From assembly GCA_040289575.1 (NCBI GenBank), contig PSLL01000013.1, forward strand, positions 38,097 to 50,281: DNA of 12,185 nt. The letters run 5' to 3'. Below the pieces are notes generated by a model. The model was not told the DNA's origin and ran no database searches. It was given only the letters and a program-made list of their open reading frames with translations. The DNA comes from Candidatus Dadabacteria bacterium (GTDB lineage: Bacteria; Desulfobacterota_D; UBA1144; Nemesobacterales; CSP1-2). This document shows positions 1 through 6,454 of this stretch, piece by piece. Every line of letters begins with the position of its first letter. Position 1 is the stretch's first letter. The position numbers and the translations under genes are program-made.

Positions 1-909
1 CCCTCCCTCTTGGTCGCTACCCCAGATCCCGAGGTAGAATTTATTAACCCCTCTAGAGTTCTTATGGAAAAACAGCTCGATGGAATCGGTTCTGAAATTC
101 TTTTTTATGAAATTAAGAAGCGAGGCATTTCGGTTAAAATCGGAGCAGAGGTTGAATCAGTTCTAGGAGATGGTCGGGCAAGAGGAGTCCAATTGGCAAA
201 TGGAGAGGTCCGAGAAGGAGACCTGATCCTTATCGAGGCCCGGCTACGGGCAAATGTGGAGCTGGCTTTTCAGGCAGGTATATTCGTCAATAAGGGAATT
301 GTGGTTAATGAGCGTTTGGAGACTAGTATTCCGGGTATATATGCTGTTGGAAGCGCCGCGGAGTTTCGAGGTATCGTATCAAATGACTCAGAGACAGTAG
401 CACAGCAATCACAGATTCTGGGACGGTTCCTAGCTGGGGATTCAACTGTTCAGTATTGTGGAACATTGAGTTGTACTCGATTCCGAGTATTGGGGCTTGA
501 GGTTATATCATTTGGCGAATTTAATTCTGACGATGAGGAGTCAAATGTTCTGTCCTATCTGGACAGGGGTCAGTCGGTCTATAAAAAGGTTATTGTCCGT
601 GATAACCGAATTGTCGGAGCGTTGTTTTTGGGAGACATATCTTCATCAGAAGAAATCCTAGGCTTAGCGAGGAATCGAATAGATATCTCATTAATTCGGA
701 AAAATCTCCTCTCTGGGAATCTAAAAGGACAGATGCCAAAGGGTAAAATCCTCTGCTCCTGTATGGGAGTAACTAGGGAAGAGATTCAGGCGAGAATAAA
801 ACGGGGCATGAGAACCGTAGAGGCGCTTCAGGAAGGCCTCAGAGTGGGAGTTACATGCGGCACATGTCTTCAGGAAGTCAGGGACTTAATAAAGGCAGCT
901 GTCAAATGA
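1..909 (+). CDS. 5'-partial NirB/NasB-like NAD(P)/FAD oxidoreductase-family protein with a C-terminal BFD-like [2Fe-2S] domain (nitrate/nitrite assimilation electron-transfer subunit or domain)
   Basis: Frame 1 is open from base 1. NirB-type segments are LMEKQLD, NVELA..AGI.VNKGIVVNERLETSIPGIYAVG and YKKVIVRDNRIVGALFLGD. The C-terminal motif is CSC-x31-CGTC (754-867). The protein ends after one BFD domain, with no siroheme domain. Several FAD-binding consensus residues are altered. Confidence 0.8.
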   Translation, partial: PSLLVATPDPEVEFINPSRVLMEKQLDGIGSEILFYEIKKRGISVKIGAEVESVLGDGRARGVQLANGEVREGDLILIEARLRANVELAFQAGIFVNKGIVVNERLETSIPGIYAVGSAAEFRGIVSNDSETVAQQSQILGRFLAGDSTVQYCGTLSCTRFRVLGLEVISFGEFNSDDEESNVLSYLDRGQSVYKKVIVRDNRIVGALFLGDISSSEEILGLARNRIDISLIRKNLLSGNLKGQMPKGKILCSCMGVTREEIQARIKRGMRTVEALQEGLRVGVTCGTCLQEVRDLIKAAVK

Positions 910-1502
910 ATGTTGCAATAGCAGTCCTTGCAGGCGGCAGGTCATCGAGATTCGGACAGGATAAGAGATTCTTTAATCTGTCTGGAAAGAGCTTAATACG
1001 CACAGCTATTGAAAAAGCAGAGTCGCTCAATCTAAAAACATATCTCTCTGTTGATAAGAAATTTCCACTATCCTTTAAATCTCTCTTAACAGACCGTAAT
1101 TTGATTGTAGATGACTACCAATATAAAGGCCCCCTTGCGGCTATGGTCTCAACATTGAGAAAGATAGAGGAAGAAAAAGCGATTTTTATTCCAGTTGATA
1201 TGCCTTATATACCCGTTGAGTTTCTGACTTTTATAAGAGAAAGAGCGCAAGATTATGAGGTTATATACTCTATAATCTCTGAAAAGATCTATTCACTACC
1301 CTCTTTGGTTTCAAAGGCCATGCTAGAAGAAATTGAGAACTTAGTCGAGTCCGATACGCCCTCTCTAAAGAGGTCTTTCAAAAGTATTTCCAAGAGATGC
1401 AAAACCTATATCATTGATGATAAAACGATTTCAAGATTTGGGGATCCAAGATCTATTTTTCACAATATAAATTATGCGGAGGATTTGAAGTATTTCCCCT
1501 AG
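906..1502 (+). CDS. mobA: Molybdenum cofactor guanylyltransferase (MobA)
   Basis: Motifs VLAGGRSSRFGQDK, GPLAAM, PVDMP and FHNINYAEDL. The ATG at 906 overlaps the upstream TGA (ATGA), so the start is 906 rather than 855. Confidence 0.85.
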   Translation: MNVAIAVLAGGRSSRFGQDKRFFNLSGKSLIRTAIEKAESLNLKTYLSVDKKFPLSFKSLLTDRNLIVDDYQYKGPLAAMVSTLRKIEEEKAIFIPVDMPYIPVEFLTFIRERAQDYEVIYSIISEKIYSLPSLVSKAMLEEIENLVESDTPSLKRSFKSISKRCKTYIIDDKTISRFGDPRSIFHNINYAEDLKYFP

Positions 1503-1539
1503 AGCTGTCAATTGCACTTACTAAGACAACGTCGGCTCA

Positions 1540-1625
1540 TGTCACTGTGAGTATATTCGTTTCACTCAGTACAGGCTCGGCGAAGAATCTCAGTATTTAG
1601 AGACACTTCGCGGAGTTTACACTGA
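1540..1625. repeat. Degenerate REP-like/MITE-like palindrome between convergent genes
   Basis: Arms 1566-1591 (TCAGTACAGGCTCGGCGAAGAATCTC) and 1600-1625 (GAGACACTTCGCGGAGTTTACACTGA) match at 19/26 positions as reverse complements, with two further G:U-compatible positions and an 8-nt loop. TGTCACTGTGAG at 1540 precedes them. The layout resembles the widespread TGTCA.TCTGAGCG..GCGAAGAATCT / AGA..CTTCGC palindromes. Confidence 0.65.
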
Positions 1626-1707
1626 ATAATTGGTAAGGCCAAATGAAATCTGCCCTACTAGCGCTCAGATATACGTTAAATACGCTCTGACCAGAGTTAA
1701 TTGATAT

Positions 1708-3275
1708 TTAAGGCTCCTGCCAGGGCTTCTTAATCTCGATTTCGTACTTATTTATTCTATAGTCAAGCTGACGAGGAGAGATCTCAAGTAGTGTCGCCGC
1801 GCGGGTTTAACCCAGCCGCATTTCCGAAGCGCCTCAACTATGCGCTCCTTCTCTATCTCTTCAACCGTCTTTGTGAGAGAGAGATTAGATGAATCTCTGA
1901 TCCGCTCTTTTACCACATCGGGCATTTGCTTGCTAAATGTCCTTATTTCATATGGTAGGTCACTTACCCCGATAGTTTCTTCATCAGACATAATCACCAG
2001 TCTTTCTATGTAGTTCTCAAGCTGCCTTACATTCCCTGGCCAGGGATAATCAACCATTAAACCCATAGCTTCATCCGAAATCCTCGTCTCCTTTGTGTTT
2101 TCTTCATTAAACCTCTGTAGAAAATGCTCTATAAGAAGTGGTATGTCCTCTTTTCTCCCCCTCAGAGGCGGAAGAAATATTGGGACAACATTGAGCCTAT
2201 AGTAGAGGTCTTCTCGAAAACTCCTCTCAATTACGGCCTTCTCCAGGTTCTGATTCGTTGCAGCGATAACACGCACGTCTACGGAAATTGTTTTTGAACC
2301 GCCTAGGCGCTCGAACTTCTTTTCTTGAAGAACTCGAAGCATCTTCATCTGAGTTGATATTGGGATATCTCCGATCTCGTCAAGAAAAATTGTCCCACCG
2401 TCTGCAATCTCAAACCTCCCTTTACGCTGATACGCAGCCCCTGTAAACGACCCCTTTTCATGGCCGAAAAGCTCCGACTCAAGGAGCGTTTCTGGAAGCG
2501 CAGCACAGTTGAGCTTAATAAAAGGCCCTTGAGCTCGGGGGCTGTTATAATGTATAGCCCGTGCTATGAGTTCTTTACCTGTTCCACTCTCACCTCTGAG
2601 AAGCACTGTGGCCCTAGTGGCAGCCACACGGTGAACAGTCTCAAATACCTCCTTCATTCCCTTACTCTGACCAACTATATTCTCCAACCTGTACCTTGCC
2701 CTTAGCTCCCTCTGGAGATATGTCTTTTCTTCTATGAGTTTTTCCCTTTCTCTATTAACCATATAACTAAGTTCTATCGCTTGACCTATCAGGGAGGCAA
2801 CCATGACGAGAATCCTAATTCCATCCTCCATAGAAAAGGATACCGCCTCTCCGCAAAAAACAACGCTCAGTGTTCCCATCACCCTTTCGCGCGACTTTAT
2901 AGGAACGCATATATATGAAACCCTCTGATCTCCATTATGAAATTTAATTTGGTCCCTTAGGCTCAGTTCATCCCTAATCTCAGGGATGACCATAGGAGAG
3001 CCAGTTTTAAAAACCTTTCCTATAATACCTTCCCCAATCCTATATGTCCTTAATCTCCTCTCCTCCTCATTCATCCCAAGGGCAACAAATGTAGAAAGTT
3101 CCCGTGTTTCGATATTAGACAGCACTACTGTTCCATATTTCATGTCCATAAATTTATCCAGTATATTCATTACAGAGCTAATTGACCTCTTAAAATCGAG
3201 GGTAGACGTCAGGATCTTACTTATCTCATAGATAGTAGTAAGCTCCAAAGCCCTTGTATTAATTTCTGGTTTCAT
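1708..3275 (-). CDS. NifA-like sigma54-dependent activator (GAF + AAA+ + Fis-type HTH), with a 1-nt frameshift at about 1803-1808 as sequenced
   Basis: N-terminal GAF region, Walker [24 protein letters not shown], Walker [20 protein letters not shown] and [10 protein letters not shown]. The given frame stops at 1752. After GWVK, the shifted frame reads [31 protein letters not shown] (stop 1708-1710), a typical NifA/Fis HTH. The start is ATG 3275 or TTG 3299. Confidence 0.9.
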
Positions 3276-3352
3276 CCCGAGTTTATTACCTAAACCCAAA
3301 TTCCTAACGCCTGATCGCTCAAAAGCGGTTCGATTAGGCTAACTTATATAGC

Positions 3353-3368
3353 TGCAAATAACATGCCA
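3353..3368 (-). promoter_or_regulatory. sigma54 (-24/-12) promoter of the NifA-like gene
   Basis: The minus strand reads TGGCAT-GTTAT-TTGCA against the consensus TGGCAC-N5-TTGCW, with exact GG-N10-GC spacing. It is correctly oriented and lies about 55-80 nt before the candidate start codons. Confidence 0.85.
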
Positions 3369-3553
3369 GTATAGGAGACCCAATTTTATAGGCTTTTCAA
3401 CCGTAAGGACATTGAAAGCCTCCCCTCTCATGCCCACAGGTCAAGCACAGAAGTCATATTTAAAGGCACTCCAGTGAGCTAATAGTACATGTTAGATTAG
3501 GTGAGGAACTTTTTACAGATTATCGGAGAATTAATAAAAGGTCGGGAGGCATC

Positions 3554-5095
3554 TCATAATCCAAAAAACGACTTCATACTCTGTAAAAACCTCTCGGTAT
3601 AGCTTCTACGCATAACCGCAACCTCCTCGGCTTTTTTCTGATCCTTGAAAAAGCCTTCGTTTATAAGCTGCCTCTCCGCTAAGCGTCAGCTTAGCTCTTC
3701 CATAATGCTGGGATTGGCTTCAAGCATCGGCAATATGTTTGCCTTTTCAATCTCAATTACCTCAAGATCGGTCTCAGCCAATATACTCGCACTCCGCGGC
3801 TCGCCCGTAAGAAGAGACCTTTCGCCAAAGAATTCCCCTTCATTTAGATGTCCAACCGTAATCTCCGCACCATTGTCCGGCGTCTTTATGTAGACGCCTG
3901 CGCTGCCATGAAGAATGAGAAAAAGTGAGTTTCCTCTATCCCCCTGCTTAACTATGTGCTCATCCTTTCCAAAGTACAATAAGTGGCCAGAAAGAGCCAG
4001 GTTCTTAATCGCTGCCTCATCAAGAGGCTCAAATATGCTTACACGCCTAAGAAATCCTTCCACCCTCTGTCGGGTTATCTCATCACGCGCCTTCTCCTTA
4101 ACTGCTCCTTCATGCATAAACACATCCCTTATGGGGAAAGGAATCTTGATGCCGCCTCGCCTCAAGTTATACCAGATGCGCGTCATCACATCGCTTTGAA
4201 TATCATCGGACATAGAGCGATCTTCAATCCAAAATTTTAGTTGATAGGTGATGGCAAAATCCCCAAATTGGACTAATCGGCAAATGGGCCTGGGCAGGGA
4301 TACAACACCCAGGATCTCAATGGCACAGTTAATCAGTATATCCTTGACTTGATTAGGCGGCGCGTCATATTCGACGCCTACATATAAGAGAAGTGCATGA
4401 AGCCTTGTAGGCTTATAAAAATTAATGATCTGGTCTTTTGAGATAACGCTGTTTGGAACGATAAGGTATGTCAGCTGACGCGTCCTCAGTGTGGTAGCGC
4501 GCCAGTTTATATCCACTACTTCTCCCTCCTTATCTCCGACCATAACCCAATCCCCTACCTGAAACGGCGGCTCAATATTCAGCGCGATTCCGGCAATAAT
4601 GCCGCTTAGGAAATCCTGAAGGGCAAAGGCAAGTATCGCGGCTATTACGCTCGATGTCACAAGAAGCCCTGAGAGGGGTTGATTAAATATAAACCGAATG
4701 ACAACCAAAACGGAGGCAATCAGGATCAGGACCGTTATCACATTTCTAAGGAGCGCGGGTACAAGCGTCTTACGGCGCTCAAAGAGGTAGTAATCCCAGA
4801 AAAATGCCGAGAAGATCCTTGCCAGGTACCATCCGGCAAAGAAGATAAGTACGGCATTGTACCATGTAAGAAACGGATCAAGATTCCAGCCTTTAAATAA
4901 ACTGTGCCTGCGGACAAGAATAATCCATACGCCAAATGCCGCAAGGATACATAAGATGTTATAGAACGGACCGAACCTTACCTTTGTACGGCTCTTGAGA
5001 AGCCATCCGAATCCCAAAAGGGCAAACAGTATGAATAAACTAATAATGGAGCTAATTAGAATTAGGTTGGACCAATGTTCCAGCCATGTAATCAT
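3554..5095 (-). CDS. MscS-family mechanosensitive channel with a C-terminal cyclic-nucleotide-binding domain (bCNG-like), with an in-frame TGA at 3686-3688
   Basis: Several N-terminal TM helices. MscS core: AFALQDFLSGIIAGIAL..PFQVGDWV..GEVVDINWRAT..VPNS, plus GIKIPFP. cNMP phosphate-binding cassette: GEFFGERSLLTGEPRSAS. After the TGA the frame stays open for 43 codons (RLAERQ...FLQSMKSFFGL*, stop 3554-3556), which matches the typical C-terminus of this family. Confidence 0.88.
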
Positions 5096-5108
5096 AGAGG
5101 GGTCTTAT

Positions 5109-5951
5109 CTACCTAAGAGCCTCTTGAAATCTCCGGGCTCTTATCTGAAAAGCAAATGCATCAACATTTACCGAAGGCATCTCACGTTTAATCCTTTCAA
5201 TCCTGTCCGCCGTCGCAGGGTGTGTCTTCATTATCCCTCCGCCCGAGGATTGCCCTTGACTCAAAAGGCGCTCAAGAAAATCCTTTAGTGCCGAGGGATT
5301 GTATCCAGCCCTCCAAAGGAAGGAGAGAGCCGACTCATCCGCATGGTATTCTTGCGACCTCCCGTAACCGTTGACGACAATCGTTTTGAATACATCATCA
5401 ACAGAGCCTTCAAAGACACCGACGAGTTGGGAGAGTTGTGCGGGTGTATATCTCTGGGCTGCCTGAGAACCAATTAGGGTTGCAACCTGTGTCAGACGGG
5501 CTTTTTGAATGGCGGAAACGCCGTCGCGATGGTTTATGTGAGCTACCTCATGTGTGAGAACCGCCGCGAGCTCATCCTCATTTCGCACAGCGTGTATCAT
5601 ACCTTTTGTTATGAATATAGTCCCTCCCGGGCATGAGAATGCGTTTATCTCGTTTGAATTGAGTATTGCAAAGTGATACCCGCCGTATGTGACAGGTCTA
5701 TCTGAATGAAGCGCCACGGTCTTACCTACGAAGTTGACATACTCGGTGAGCCTTCTATTTTCCAGCAATGGGTATGTAGAAAGGATCCGTGCCGCTACTG
5801 CACGGCCTACATAATACTCCTCTTCATCGGATAGAGGCCTTGCGGCGCTGAATGTTTCCTGCGCCATCTGCCCGATACTGCCCATATTGACCTGTGAACA
5901 GCCCAATGCAAAAGAAACCAAGATTAAACCAAGGAATAGAGTCCTGTTCAT
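5109..5951 (-). CDS. M48-family zinc metalloprotease (BepA/LoiP-like), predicted lipoprotein
   Basis: INAFSCPGG, ELAAVLTHEVAH (HExxH), YGRSQEYHAD (third zinc ligand E) and THP..DRI. The signal peptide ends in ALGC. The start overlaps the upstream stop (ATGA). Confidence 0.92.
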   Translation of the reverse strand: MNRTLFLGLILVSFALGCSQVNMGSIGQMAQETFSAARPLSDEEEYYVGRAVAARILSTYPLLENRRLTEYVNFVGKTVALHSDRPVTYGGYHFAILNSNEINAFSCPGGTIFITKGMIHAVRNEDELAAVLTHEVAHINHRDGVSAIQKARLTQVATLIGSQAAQRYTPAQLSQLVGVFEGSVDDVFKTIVVNGYGRSQEYHADESALSFLWRAGYNPSALKDFLERLLSQGQSSGGGIMKTHPATADRIERIKREMPSVNVDAFAFQIRARRFQEALR

Positions 5952-6415
5952 GGCAGATTGAGTCCCCCGATTTTTATAAATTCCCTGAGTTTGCTCTCAG
6001 GAACCCTGTAATTCTCTAAGGCATTAACCTCTCTAAAGTTAAGCTGTGGATTTTGACTCCTATACGCAGATTCGACCTGAGGGTTAAACCCCTTTCCGGC
6101 AAGTGCAACCTCCTGTCCTGAGGTGGATTGTTTATTTGATCCAACGAGATTAGAAAGAGAAAAGGATTTTTTCTCAATAGCGCTTTTATGAATGCAACCC
6201 TGCACGCCTCTGAAATCAACCCGAAACCAGTCACCTTCCTGTGAAACAATCTCAAGGGCGTCACCGTAATGGACCGTTGCTCTAACAGGCGAGAAAAACC
6301 TGCACGACTCCCGTATGGCATTCTCCTTTGTAATAACCGTCGCCGTCTCCGCACCGAGAGAGACGGAGGAAACAGCTATAAGAAGGGAAATTATGGATAA
6401 TAGCCTAGTCTTCAT
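5948..6415 (-). CDS. Secreted SH3b-like domain protein with a C-terminal extension
   Basis: Signal peptide followed by an SH3b-like pattern (IRE..FFSPVRATVHYGDALEIVSQEGDWFRV....GCIH), an S/G-rich linker and the tail ALAGKGFNPQVE...FIKIGGL. A G-rich RBS lies upstream. Confidence 0.75.
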   Translation of the reverse strand: MKTRLLSIISLLIAVSSVSLGAETATVITKENAIRESCRFFSPVRATVHYGDALEIVSQEGDWFRVDFRGVQGCIHKSAIEKKSFSLSNLVGSNKQSTSGQEVALAGKGFNPQVESAYRSQNPQLNFREVNALENYRVPESKLREFIKIGGLNLP

Positions 6416-6454
6416 TTATTTACCCCCCCCACGAATGTCTCGGCCAGATTGAGT

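Noticed and set aside
855..905. N-terminal extension of mobA in the ORF track
   Set aside because: It overlaps the BFD cysteine codons of the upstream gene. MobA similarity starts at ATG 906.
1503..1707. CRISPR array, tRNA or IS in the intergenic region
   Set aside because: No regularly spaced direct repeats, cloverleaf, transposase ORF or target duplication were seen; only an imperfect palindrome.
1800..1814. Programmed -1 ribosomal frameshift in the NifA-like gene
   Set aside because: GTT AAA CCC does not form an in-register X XXY YYZ slippery heptamer. A deletion or sequencing error is simpler.
1752..3299. Assigning the symbol nifA / nitrogen fixation
   Set aside because: The architecture is NifA-like, but there are no nif genes and no perfect TGT-N10-ACA site upstream to support the assignment.
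3686..3688. Genome-wide TGA reassignment (code 4/25) or selenocysteine at the MscS TGA
   Set aside because: TGA terminates genes normally at 907-909 and 5948-5950 (ATGA overlaps). The position is a helical, non-Cys site, and only weak G:U-rich pairing follows, with no convincing SECIS.
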